Assembly: GCA_020353515.1 (NCBI GenBank)
Contig: CP070695.1
Coordinates: 4,325,589 to 4,389,588, forward strand
Reading direction: 5' to 3'
From: Candidatus Heimdallarchaeota archaeon
GTDB lineage: Archaea > Asgardarchaeota > Heimdallarchaeia > Hodarchaeales > Hodarchaeaceae
Length of the DNA: 64,000 nt
Shown one piece after another: positions 30,801 to 39,613 of the stretch; the stretch's first letter is position 1, and every line of letters begins with the position of its first letter. The translations under genes and the position numbers were made by a program. The notes below the pieces were generated by a model. That model did not search any database. It was not told the DNA's origin and worked only from the letters and a program-made list of their open reading frames with translations.

Positions 30801-31827
30801 AGGTCTAGTTTATATTTCTGCCAGACTCTACTTTGGTAAAAAACCATTAGGATCTATTTCTACTTCCCTCTCCATCTTGAAATTCTTTTATCCTTCAATT
30901 AGATATTCAAATAAAGAACAAATTGGATTAAATCTTCTTGTACTCTGTTTTCTAGGATTAATCAATAATACTTTGTGCTTTATATTCTTTCCTACTGCTT
31001 GGAGCCCAACTTTGGTATTTCTATTATTTGATTCAATGGTTGTACTCCCCTTGGTGTTTGCTTTAACCCTATTTGGATTAGATTCACATGTTGCTATAGT
31101 TAATACTCTTACACTTTATGCAAGTGGGTTAATCATTCGATTACCATTACTTGTTAGTTATCCTTTTGATTACAATATTCACCTCCTCATTGGTTTAGTA
31201 TTCCAATTAATTCTGCATGGTTTGCTGGTCAGATTAAGCAAATCAACGAGGGTGACGTCCTCTCTCACACTTTGGAAAATCAAGTTTGAAGGCCGTAAGA
31301 CATGGCCTGAAGATTCTCTTATAATTATGGCAATAATCAATCCTCTTGCCTTCTTTTTTTACGCCTCTCAACTGACCTTAAGAATAGGAGAAGTTTTCAA
31401 GATAACAAATGTACTACCTATGATGATTTTATCAATATTAATTGCTATTTACTTTGTTATTGAAACAAGATTACTATTCTCTTCAATAATAAGTGATAGC
31501 GGCTTATTGATTTCTATTATTATCGCTTGGCTATTTACTGTTTCATTACTTGAGTTTATTTATTTCACTACAGCAGCGACGGCTTTCTTGAGTATTCTGT
31601 ATGGATTTTGGATTAATAAAAGAGAATGGCGAATATTGGGGATCTTGATTATTAGCATCAGTTTAGTATATAGTGCAATTTATCTTGCCCAGATTCCTGA
31701 CGACCTAGTTAAAATCCTAGGATTCGGAATTTTAGGGATTATTTCTGTTGTGATAGCCTTTGTATATTCAAAGTTTGCAAGACGATTCATAGCGGAAGAA
31801 TTTCAAGAAAAAACCTCAATAAGCTGA
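27856..31827 (+). CDS. Large polytopic membrane protein, DUF2339-like, with N-terminal zinc ribbon
   Basis: CESC...CVNSKC; WEFTIGANWLRWVGIGII motif followed by more than 25 hydrophobic segments. Confidence 0.7.
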   Translation: MVALIYKEGGSCESCNHPLQSQRDAVGKKFFICVNSKCPVKRLTNIETRLAAIEKLLEITPIIPKAQESVIEIIRTLPNLSLEEGRVQFYSLFDQLEESRDILNFFLEQTANNEYLSPQFLQEWAILMAYSGKTFMAAQRILTEKGYAETPLSQTFISKNIGIIIDRSNSVQAEEKQKIVSTQFYSHLLNWAVNEGFSRRTLETLQGNAGIFPPPIEQTISEEIATIPSVPAREIPSPINQPIESLYQQPFKKWIDRFRPDEGWEFTIGANWLRWVGIGIILFALLLLVVWSASQMKLTEDEIALLTFIGLVFSGVSLHIFSFILLRFKERSHHIPPIAYSIAFLSLGIYYIALFTLRFHPSSPVYGVEYEILYLILCVFLILISCGTAWGHNSSILFIEGFTFTLWLFWHILSQIFVNDLVFSIEILLLGYIAFILAFLGIGYLRKDIILIISVQLMAQLLIFLPNSSKVLSTHSVIREYPDINATIFLVVIISITYLVITLRFPFDISPQFYEIITRYHLSIASVTPIFSSFFLLTFKSISGLIFIPYLVVFTTAFLGLAYYQKDLAVAFSLILLTQLLWLISVGFVDNITFTETIPEINGILTVLLYLTFFFWIIAQKFPSDEIETCFWDYINRKHLSVAAIGPIFISFIISRFNYVTSDIFIMYLVLFCILWSTNRSITLEMPDFLIKKVSLFDIVTYSSAILFLITIILEQSENLFGVVLGFIAFPLFILFNQSISNMSLQQQEIREIYAIINCLFVAIIFSFMVMKETFSNIGIWISTFLLDWGIDFLEFLGLQNSYNWTFIGFLWIVAVVTINVKIFQPNIRHSLSKIIMTLSSPTIIYIYLGLIDEINPIHLAFVIIGYVQLIILWFFLTSEKTDHAIDRHLIFIPGVALLQLSGNFLLTTSIGSWNILSAILVNIFFPFSLGFFMVARRLFHHLIDSYLIISASILTLFQFLYLKSNQQGLYAWFLELVFLILGLVYISARLYFGKKPLGSISTSLSILKFFYPSIRYSNKEQIGLNLLVLCFLGLINNTLCFIFFPTAWSPTLVFLLFDSMVVLPLVFALTLFGLDSHVAIVNTLTLYASGLIIRLPLLVSYPFDYNIHLLIGLVFQLILHGLLVRLSKSTRVTSSLTLWKIKFEGRKTWPEDSLIIMAIINPLAFFFYASQLTLRIGEVFKITNVLPMMILSILIAIYFVIETRLLFSSIISDSGLLISIIIAWLFTVSLLEFIYFTTAATAFLSILYGFWINKREWRILGILIISISLVYSAIYLAQIPDDLVKILGFGILGIISVVIAFVYSKFARRFIAEEFQEKTSIS

Positions 31828-31948
31828 TCAAAACGTACCACATTATTTTTAAGCATGTCTCTCTACTTTAAGAGCGATTCGTTGTGAATCAACCTAATAA
31901 AAAGAATTTTGAGTAAATGTATAACCAGATTTTCCAGATGATTAAACA

Positions 31949-32794
31949 ATGGTAAATCAAGACAAATCAAGCTATGATCTCTTCAAGGTCATTAATAATC
32001 GAAGATCGATCCGGAAATTTACTGAAAAACCCATTACAGACGATATTCTGAATCAAATATTGGAAGCTGGAATTAAAGCTCCTTTTGCGGCTCAATTGTA
32101 CAGTATTGTCTATACACGTGATAAAGAGAAGATGAAGAAGCTAAGAATTGGAGTCTATTCAACTACCCAGCTCTTAATGATTTTCTTAGTTGATTTCCGA
32201 AAAATTGAGAAAATAATTAAACAGAGAAACTATCAATACGACTACGATGACGGGATGCTCTTATGGCTAGGTATTCAAGACGCAACCTTGGTTGCAGAGA
32301 ATGTCATATTAGCTGCAGATGCAGTCGGCCTCGGATCTGTTCTACTAGGGGGCGCACCTTTACAAACAGACATTATAACTGAAGTCTTCAGTATTCCCTC
32401 CAGAGTTTTCCCTGTTGTCGGTCTGTGTCTAGGATATCCCGATTATACTGCAGAAACGGATGTTAGACCACGTTATCCTTTGAAGTATACAGCTTTTGAG
32501 GATTCGTATCATGATCTTTCTGAAAATGAAATTCGTGAATGTATGAAAAACATGGATGAGGGATATATCACCCAGGGATATTACATTAAATTACAAGCGA
32601 AAATTCCCTTAAAGAAAGGAAAAGATACGATAGATTATGATAAATATTCATGGTCAGAACACCAGAGTCGAAAATACTCCCAAGGATGGTGGAAAAAGGA
32701 ATCAATTTTGTCTCTCCTTCAACGCCAAGGTTTTAATCTTGAAAAATCTCATAATCAAGAAGAAACGAAAATGAAGCGAGTTCCTACTAACTAA
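31949..32794 (+). CDS. Nitroreductase family flavoprotein (NfsA/FRP-like)
   Basis: RRSIRKF, DATLVAENVILAADAVGLGSV, GLCLGYP, RPRYP. Confidence 0.9.
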   Translation: MVNQDKSSYDLFKVINNRRSIRKFTEKPITDDILNQILEAGIKAPFAAQLYSIVYTRDKEKMKKLRIGVYSTTQLLMIFLVDFRKIEKIIKQRNYQYDYDDGMLLWLGIQDATLVAENVILAADAVGLGSVLLGGAPLQTDIITEVFSIPSRVFPVVGLCLGYPDYTAETDVRPRYPLKYTAFEDSYHDLSENEIRECMKNMDEGYITQGYYIKLQAKIPLKKGKDTIDYDKYSWSEHQSRKYSQGWWKKESILSLLQRQGFNLEKSHNQEETKMKRVPTN

Positions 32795-32899
32795 ACATCA
32801 GGGTACAATCTATATCAACATTGGATTAGTTCCGTAAAGATAATATAAATGAACTTTTCTTAAATTGCTTTATTAAAAAGAAGGAAGGTTATTTGTAAG

Positions 32900-34051
32900 A
32901 TGACTCAATGCCCAAATTGCGGAGAAACAGTAGAAATAGGAGATATTTTTTGTTATAAATGTGGATTTAATCTAAGAACGAATTCAATTGTTAAACAAGC
33001 CAAGGAAGAAATTGGAAGACAACTGGAATTAGATACAAATAACTTAACAAGATTTACACAATTAGAAGAACGAATAGAAAATTTAAGGAACATTCCTGAC
33101 GAATTGGAACAACAAAAAGCTTATCTTGCCAATTTAAACCAATCCTTAACAGAAGCACGCCAAAGGTTGGAGTCTCTTGCAGAACAACGTGTAAAAGAGT
33201 ATCGTGATGTAGAAAAGCTCGAAAAATTGAGTGTCACCTCTTTCATGGCACGGATGAAAGGAACTAAGGATCAGCAATTAGAAAAAGAAAGGGTTGAATA
33301 TCTCACAGTACTAAATAAAGAGGAAGCTGCGCAGAGAGAATGTCAACAACTGCAAGATGTCATAACACAAACTCAGTCCCAGGTGTATGAGCTAGGAGAT
33401 TTACTTGATACAAAAAAGAATTTAGAAAAAGAACTTGAAACGTTAATAAATCAAGTATGTGAAGGAGTTCCTGATCCTGTTGAAGACGCAATTGAACAAC
33501 GATTAGCCACTCTTGAAGCTCAAATAGGACCAATTACCAATAATCGTTCACGCATATTCCGGGCGAATAATCACTTAGATCATGCAATTTCTGACTTGAA
33601 TCGTGCATTAGACTCCCTACGAAGCGCCTCAGGTTTCTCAACATGGGATCTTCTTGGAGGGGGATTAATCGCTGATTCAATGAAACATTCAAGGATGTCT
33701 GACGCACGAAATAATGTTCATAATGCCCACAACAACATCCAAAGAGCTATTCAAGAATATCCAGAAATTAGAAATTCCTTGAGTAGTGCTAGTGTCGAAG
33801 AAGTATCCTTTTTTTGGGACGGATTCATGGATAATATCTTCTCGGACATCGCAGCACGAGATAAAATTCATAGATCAAGAGAATCTGTTCGTCAAGCTTT
33901 ACATGATGCTTCCAATGCCAACCGCTGGCTAGATGACAAAATGCGAACTATCAATCAACAATTCAATGATCTAAACAGGAAAATTGAAGAATTAAGGAAG
34001 GATCTTTTAAAAGAACGAAAAAGAATGATTAAGGAAACGCTTGAGAATTAG
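32900..34051 (+). CDS. Zinc-ribbon plus long coiled-coil protein
   Basis: CPNC...CYKC, heptad-rich helices, STWDLLGGGLIAD and FFWDGFMDNIFSD segments. Confidence 0.7.
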   Translation: MTQCPNCGETVEIGDIFCYKCGFNLRTNSIVKQAKEEIGRQLELDTNNLTRFTQLEERIENLRNIPDELEQQKAYLANLNQSLTEARQRLESLAEQRVKEYRDVEKLEKLSVTSFMARMKGTKDQQLEKERVEYLTVLNKEEAAQRECQQLQDVITQTQSQVYELGDLLDTKKNLEKELETLINQVCEGVPDPVEDAIEQRLATLEAQIGPITNNRSRIFRANNHLDHAISDLNRALDSLRSASGFSTWDLLGGGLIADSMKHSRMSDARNNVHNAHNNIQRAIQEYPEIRNSLSSASVEEVSFFWDGFMDNIFSDIAARDKIHRSRESVRQALHDASNANRWLDDKMRTINQQFNDLNRKIEELRKDLLKERKRMIKETLEN

Positions 34052-34068
34052 AGAAGTAATCAAACATT

Positions 34069-34644
34069 CTAGACTTCTAGTGTTTTCCTGATCCTCCATT
34101 CTTCCACTAACAAGTCCATCATTAGATCATCCAGAAATTCACCATTGATATAATCCGCTTTCCGTCGAACTCCTATTTCACGAAACCCTAGCTTCTTATA
34201 AACAGCAATTGCGCGGAAATTGTTTGAAAAAACTCTAAGCTCCAAACTAAGTAAATTTAGGGTTTCAAAACCAAACTCGATAGCTAATTCAAGCGCTTCT
34301 GTTCCCAATCCTTTGTCTCTAAATTCAGGGTTAAAAATTCCAAGACTGATATCTCCTCGTTTGCTAACTGTATTAAGAATCTTTAAACGAATATTTCCGA
34401 TATATTTTTGGCTTTTATTTGTAGAAATCGCAAATGTGTAAATTTCTCCCTGTCTTCTCTCATCCCATGTTCTACGAATCCATTCTAACCCTTCTTCTCG
34501 TGACATTGGAGTTATTCGTCCACTATAATTCATGAATTGAATGTCATTCCAGTAGACTAAAAGTTCATCAACATCAGTAAGCTCCAACCCTCTCAATGTC
34601 ACGGTTTTTCCAACAATCATGATTATACCATTTTTCCGATTCAA
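34069..34644 (-). CDS. GNAT N-acetyltransferase (RimJ/RimL-like)
   Basis: FRDKGLGTEA, LRVFSNNFRAIAVYKKLGF. Confidence 0.9.
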   Translation of the reverse strand: MNRKNGIIMIVGKTVTLRGLELTDVDELLVYWNDIQFMNYSGRITPMSREEGLEWIRRTWDERRQGEIYTFAISTNKSQKYIGNIRLKILNTVSKRGDISLGIFNPEFRDKGLGTEALELAIEFGFETLNLLSLELRVFSNNFRAIAVYKKLGFREIGVRRKADYINGEFLDDLMMDLLVEEWRIRKTLEV

Positions 34645-34679
34645 TTCTTGTAGAAGATGTATATTCGACCTCTAAACTT

Positions 34680-35456
34680 CTAGAAAAGCAAAGAAAGGCA
34701 TGTCAATGCCCCCTCACATTTTTGAAACTCTCTCATATCTAAAGGAATTACTTCAAAACCAGCATCACTTAACATTGATAGAACGTGGGGGAACCCCTTG
34801 GGTATCAAAATGGTTTTTCCTATTGCTAATGTATTGGCAGCATAACTTTCATTGTCATCAACGGTAAGAATCTGGAAATTTTTGAGAGTGGGATGATTCA
34901 TGTGACTCTTAGTTGCAATAACATAGTCATCTCCGAGATAGGTGGCATAACTTTTTAAGTGTACAATATTCGGATCATGGTACACCCCTACTGTGACATT
35001 GAGCCATTCCTTCAACTGATCTACACCCTCAATATTTGTACGCTGGGTGACCCCGCAGATCAAATGATTTGGAAGGTGAATGATATCACCTCCCTCTATT
35101 GTTCCTGGAGAGATGGTCCTTCTGGTTTCCATGAAGTCATTTAATGTTTTTTCCACTGCTAATTCTTCCCCACGACGAGCTTCGGCTCCCATACGTGAGA
35201 TTAATGCTTTATTATTGTGAATAACAGCACAATCCTCCACAAAACATGAATCAGGGTGTTCATTGTCTGTAGGTAATTGAATAACATCAAATCCCAGTTC
35301 TAATAACGTGTTACAATACACTGAATGTTGCTTCTTTGCATTAGAAACATTAATTTCACGTTGGAGTGGGTGGGAAGTGATACATTGTGAGAACTTCGCC
35401 CCAGGTTCACGAACTATGGCATATTTTACGTTCATTTTTGATCCTACTGTAACCAT
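34680..35456 (-). CDS. Dimethylarginine dimethylaminohydrolase (amidinotransferase superfamily)
   Basis: PDSCFVED, RRGE, EGGD, RTN, HLKS, GALTCLS. Confidence 0.9.
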   Translation of the reverse strand: MVTVGSKMNVKYAIVREPGAKFSQCITSHPLQREINVSNAKKQHSVYCNTLLELGFDVIQLPTDNEHPDSCFVEDCAVIHNNKALISRMGAEARRGEELAVEKTLNDFMETRRTISPGTIEGGDIIHLPNHLICGVTQRTNIEGVDQLKEWLNVTVGVYHDPNIVHLKSYATYLGDDYVIATKSHMNHPTLKNFQILTVDDNESYAANTLAIGKTILIPKGFPHVLSMLSDAGFEVIPLDMREFQKCEGALTCLSLLF

Positions 35457-36307
35457 TCAAGTAAACCTGCAACACCTGATGCTGCATATACTAATACTTG
35501 AAATATTTTATACGCTTCAATAATATTATTGGCTGGGTATTCTACAGTTAATCCATCAGTCCTTTCAACGATTGGTAATAATTCGGCCACATCAGCAAAA
35601 TGACTCACAATGAAACTAATACTAGCTTTCACTGGTTCTTCAGTCTTTAGAGGTTGAACTTTGTTTTCTTTAAAGTTAACGACTGCTTTGGTAATAGCCT
35701 CACGCAAATCTGCTTCAATTTTAATCATACTTGGGCTTTTTGCTGACACTCTACTCAAAGACTGCTTAAAAACAACGGTTTCTACCCACGGAGTGTGCTG
35801 CTCTACGTCATCTTTTAGGAGTTGAGCATCTCCAGCAACTAGAATAACTGGGACGTTGTAAAATCCAGCAGCATAGGAGTTGAGGAGAAATTCGCTTACA
35901 GGAACTCCATTGATAACAAACTTGTGGATACTCCGACTTGAATAAGTATGATCGAATGTTGATTTCGCAGTCCCAAATTTCGAATGATATCCCAGAAATA
36001 TAGCCACGTCACAATCTTCTTCGACTCCTGCAACCATACTGACAGGACGAGGATTCCCCCTGACAATTTCCACGTATTCTGGTAATTTATCAACCTTGAG
36101 GTTCACCATGGGACCGTGACTATCAGCAATGAGAATTTCATCAAATCCATTCTTGTTTAACTCATCAGCTACAATCAAAGCAATTTTGGTAGCGATTTCT
36201 CTGGCTTCTGAATATAACGATCCTTTTAGACTCAAATGTCCTGGAATGACAATGAAAGGTAACCCCTCAAGATCAATCGAAATAAAAGCTTTCATAAAAT
36301 ACACCAA
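35444..36307 (-). CDS. dppA: M55 family D-aminopeptidase (DppA-like)
   Basis: ISIDLEG, DSHG, GYHS, FDHTYS, VAGD. Confidence 0.9.
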   Translation of the reverse strand: MVYFMKAFISIDLEGLPFIVIPGHLSLKGSLYSEAREIATKIALIVADELNKNGFDEILIADSHGPMVNLKVDKLPEYVEIVRGNPRPVSMVAGVEEDCDVAIFLGYHSKFGTAKSTFDHTYSSRSIHKFVINGVPVSEFLLNSYAAGFYNVPVILVAGDAQLLKDDVEQHTPWVETVVFKQSLSRVSAKSPSMIKIEADLREAITKAVVNFKENKVQPLKTEEPVKASISFIVSHFADVAELLPIVERTDGLTVEYPANNIIEAYKIFQVLVYAASGVAGLLEWLQ

Positions 36308-36396
36308 AAAGAGTTGTGTGAAAGTACTTTATCAGTGTGATGAATGATTAAACCGATTCCTACGGAATAGATCCAGAAGCTCAATACAGCTAATTC

Positions 36397-36660
36397 TCAT
36401 GATGATAACCAGGGAGCTTTCCAGGTACTACTCCTACCAGATTCAGGTTTTCTAGGCTCAACAGGTTCTTCTTTAGGTATGAATTCAGTTGATCTAAAAT
36501 CTCTATTTCCTACATGCTCCCAATAATATACGATAGCCTCTCTAACAAATCGGGATTTATCTTTTGTTTGTAGTAGGATATTCTTAACCTCCTCATCCAT
36601 TCTAAAATTAAAACGAGGAGAATTTTCTTTATCGGATATCATTAACCTTTTTCGAGGCAT
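36397..36660 (-). CDS. Ribbon-helix-helix (CopG/Arc-like) DNA-binding protein
   Basis: MPRKR...PRFNFRMDEEVKNIL...KSRFVREAI; ATG at 36660 preceded by AGGATGA. Confidence 0.65.
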   Translation of the reverse strand: MPRKRLMISDKENSPRFNFRMDEEVKNILLQTKDKSRFVREAIVYYWEHVGNRDFRSTEFIPKEEPVEPRKPESGRSSTWKAPWLSS

Positions 36661-36715
36661 TGATGAAACATCATCCTTTCCTATCGATTGATCTTTATTT
36701 CTGCAAAAATATAAG

Positions 36716-36789
36716 TGTACGTAACTTTGGAATAACACAAAAGCTATTTTGTACGTACATTATTTAGTTATGAAGGTTTTGTACGTACA
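36716..36789. promoter_or_regulatory. Three copies of a TGTACGTA(CA) palindromic site upstream of the RHH gene
   Basis: TGTACGTA at 36716; TTTTGTACGTACA at 36747 and 36777 (30-bp spacing); TGTACGTACA is a perfect palindrome. Confidence 0.65.
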
Positions 36790-37000
36790 ATATAAATATT
36801 TTCATCAATCATTGGTATCACCCTTTTCCCACTTCCATTCTCCTGATGTTGTGAGGGATCCAATACTTAATTAATAATCCAAATAAATCCAGAATAATGG
36901 ATACAGAGATATCGTCATGTCCTAATTTGATGTACTTGGTAAAATGCCTGAATTGGAGAAATCGATGAACTCCACTTCTTCTTCAATATATTAAAATAAT

Positions 37001-38014
37001 GTGAGAGAAAGACCTGTACTGAGGATGCACTGCATGAAGGAAAATGATCATCATAATCCAATGAACGTGAGTAAGAAAGTTTTAGAAGCTGAAAAGCGGA
37101 TAAGAACCTATATCAGAGAGACACCTTTAGAATACTCCCCATATTTAAGTAAAATAGGAAACTCTAAAGTTTATCTTAAATTAGAAAATATTCAATTGAC
37201 TGGATCGTTCAAGGCCAGAGGAGCGATGAATAAAATCCTTTCTCTTACGAGAGGTACCGAAATCACAACTGCCTCATCTGGCAACCATGGATTAGCAGTA
37301 GCTTACTCGCTCAGTAAACTTGGTGGAATAGGGACAATATATCTCCCTACAACCACGGCTCCTGTTAAAATTGAGAAATTACGTAATTATGACATTCAAT
37401 TGGAATTTTATGGTACAGATAGTGTTGAGGCAGAAATTTTCGCCAAAGAAATTGCACATCGGGATAAAAAGGTCTTCATTTCACCGTATAACGACCTAGA
37501 GATTATCGGGGGGCAGGGTACTATCGGATTAGAACTTACTAGACAACTAGCTAAGATTGATGTCGTCTTAGTTACCATTGGAGGGGGAGGGTTAATATCA
37601 GGTATTGCAGGGTATTTAAAAAATTTAAATCCAGATGTTGAAATTGTAGGATGTCTTCCACAAAATTCTGCGGTGATGTACGAGTCCATTAAGGCGGGAA
37701 GGATACTTGATATGGAAAGTAAACCAACGTTGAGCGATGGATCAGCTGGAGGTATCGAACCTGATGCTATTACCTTTGAACTATGTCAACGGTATGTAGA
37801 TCTCTATATTCTTGTTAATGAAGAGGAAATTGCGAATAGTATTTTACTTATGCTTGAGAAACACCACATGGTCGTTGAAGGAGCAGCAGGAGTCACAATA
37901 GCGGCATTTCTGAAAGAGAAAGATCGTTTTAAAGAAAAAAATGTCGTCTTGATTATGTGTGGAGGGAATATTAGTATTCAACAACTAAAGGAGATTATCT
38001 GTAGCCGTTCTTAG
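37001..38014 (+). CDS. Threonine/serine dehydratase (PLP fold II, no ACT domain)
   Basis: KLENIQLTGSFKARGA, ASSGNHG, GQGTIG, IGGGGLISG, CGGN. Confidence 0.92.
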   Translation: MRERPVLRMHCMKENDHHNPMNVSKKVLEAEKRIRTYIRETPLEYSPYLSKIGNSKVYLKLENIQLTGSFKARGAMNKILSLTRGTEITTASSGNHGLAVAYSLSKLGGIGTIYLPTTTAPVKIEKLRNYDIQLEFYGTDSVEAEIFAKEIAHRDKKVFISPYNDLEIIGGQGTIGLELTRQLAKIDVVLVTIGGGGLISGIAGYLKNLNPDVEIVGCLPQNSAVMYESIKAGRILDMESKPTLSDGSAGGIEPDAITFELCQRYVDLYILVNEEEIANSILLMLEKHHMVVEGAAGVTIAAFLKEKDRFKEKNVVLIMCGGNISIQQLKEIICSRS

Positions 38015-38054
38015 CAGCTTTTCTCAGAGTGGGACTTATTCAAGGTAAATGAAT

Positions 38055-38072
38055 TATGAATAATAATTCATA
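38055..38072. promoter_or_regulatory. 18-bp palindromic operator upstream of the DUF134 gene
   Basis: TATGAATAATAATTCATA, one mismatch to the perfect palindrome at 43617. Confidence 0.65.
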
Positions 38073-38147
38073 ACCTTTATATTTACATCTAAATGAAGAC
38101 CTTTTCAGACTGAATGTCATATAGTTCAATCTTAGGAGTGAATAACC

Positions 38148-38573
38148 ATTCCCCGTGGTAGGAATCCCAGAAGTGTTCGGTGTGAACCCTCTCAATATTA
38201 CTTTAAGCCTCGTGGTGTCCCTTTACTAGACATTCCTGGTGAAGTAGCGATAACTATTGAGGAGTTAGAAGCTATTCGACTCGCTGATTCAGAAGGAATC
38301 AAACAACAAGAAGCTGCGGAACAAATGAAAATCAGTCAGTCTACTATTTCAAGACATTTGGAATCAGCTCATCGTAAAATTGCTAAAGCTCTGATTCATG
38401 GCTTAGCTATTAAAATAGCAAATCCAAAAGATTACTTTCATTGTGAGGATTGTGGACATATTCAATCAATTCCAGAAGAAGGAAAATTAGAAGTAAAGTG
38501 TGAACAATGTCACTCAACAAATATTCATCAGCATATTCACTCAAATAATGAACACAGGATTCAGTCTATATAA
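38148..38573 (+). CDS. DUF134 family HTH protein with C-terminal zinc ribbon; probable ATT start
   Basis: (I)PRGRNPRSV...YFKPRG...EELEAIRLAD.EG..QQEAAEQMKISQST...CEDC..CEQC. In-frame TGA at 38139 and SD AGGAGTGA imply a non-ATG start. Confidence 0.85.
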   Translation: MPRGRNPRSVRCEPSQYYFKPRGVPLLDIPGEVAITIEELEAIRLADSEGIKQQEAAEQMKISQSTISRHLESAHRKIAKALIHGLAIKIANPKDYFHCEDCGHIQSIPEEGKLEVKCEQCHSTNIHQHIHSNNEHRIQSI

Positions 38574-38824
38574 TGATTTCAAGAGACTAGACTATCAAGA
38601 AGGATATAATATGAGTAAACCTGAAGAAATGATGGTATCAAGAAAACCTTTAATTTCTCCTTTTTTTGTCTATTTGCATTAAATTTTCCTTAATGTTTTG
38701 GTTCTTTCTTTCTAGAAAAAAAGCTCAGTCAAGTATTCCCGGTTGTTTTTGAAAGGCAAGGAGATGTTCTTCTCTCTTTTATCCCCTGAATGTGCTTATT
38801 CTCTCAAGAAAACATATTTTTTTT

Positions 38825-39546
38825 TTATGTAGATTTTAAAAAAATTATTCTTGAACTTCCAATAGCTGAAAATCCAAGATCAAAAGCCCTTTCAGGAAGA
38901 ATTTGAGCAGATGGTCCAATTAGGATTTTTTTCCCAGAAATATATTGTAATAATGGATGATTTCATCAAAGTTATCAAATACTAAAGCTGATCCAGAAAC
39001 CAAGATACTATCAACTACTTCCAGATCAGATACCTTATCAACTTGAGTTGTATTTTTGATATAAGTTGGTGGCATAAATTTATCTAAGATCTTGACAATT
39101 TTACCTTCCTTAGCCAGATGACGAGAAATTGGATGAATATTCCCAACCATACCTACCACATTGTCTGAGGATGACTCCAAAATTCCAAGAATATCTAGAT
39201 ATGACGCTTCAGAAAAATCAATATAAGTTTGGCTGTAAGTATTAAGCGCAGCAACTCCAATTGATCTTAATATTGAATAAGGAGAGGAACAGTATTCAAT
39301 GAGTTCATAAATTCTCTTTTCTGAAGGTAATCCATCTTTAACTAGGCTATGGTATCCTTCATGATCCATTGAACGATCAGTTAAAGTGAAGGACACTCCA
39401 ACGGTTCCATCTTTTAGTTCTATCCCTGTATAAAGTACTCCAATCACTACTTTCTTAATAACCAAATTGCCTGGTAGTTTGATTAACTCTAAAGCCTGTT
39501 CGGAAAGTTGATTGAGCTGCAAAGACATCAATTTACCCTCTATCAT
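38825..39546 (-). pseudogene. DUF4213/DUF364 Rossmann-like putative metal-binding protein, frameshifted near its C-terminus
   Basis: RSIGVAALN, VGMVGN, VSGSALV; the conserved IGPSAQILPE..FDLGF continues in another frame after about 38950 and stops at 38825. Confidence 0.7.
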
Positions 39547-39613
39547 GAATTAATTAGTTTCGAATGAGACTGGATACCATGCGCTTGTAAGTCGTATCTT
39601 CTTTCATTATCAA

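Noticed and set aside
36716-36789. CRISPR array or iteron origin
   Set aside because: Repeats are only 8-13 bp in three copies, with no cas or rep gene nearby.
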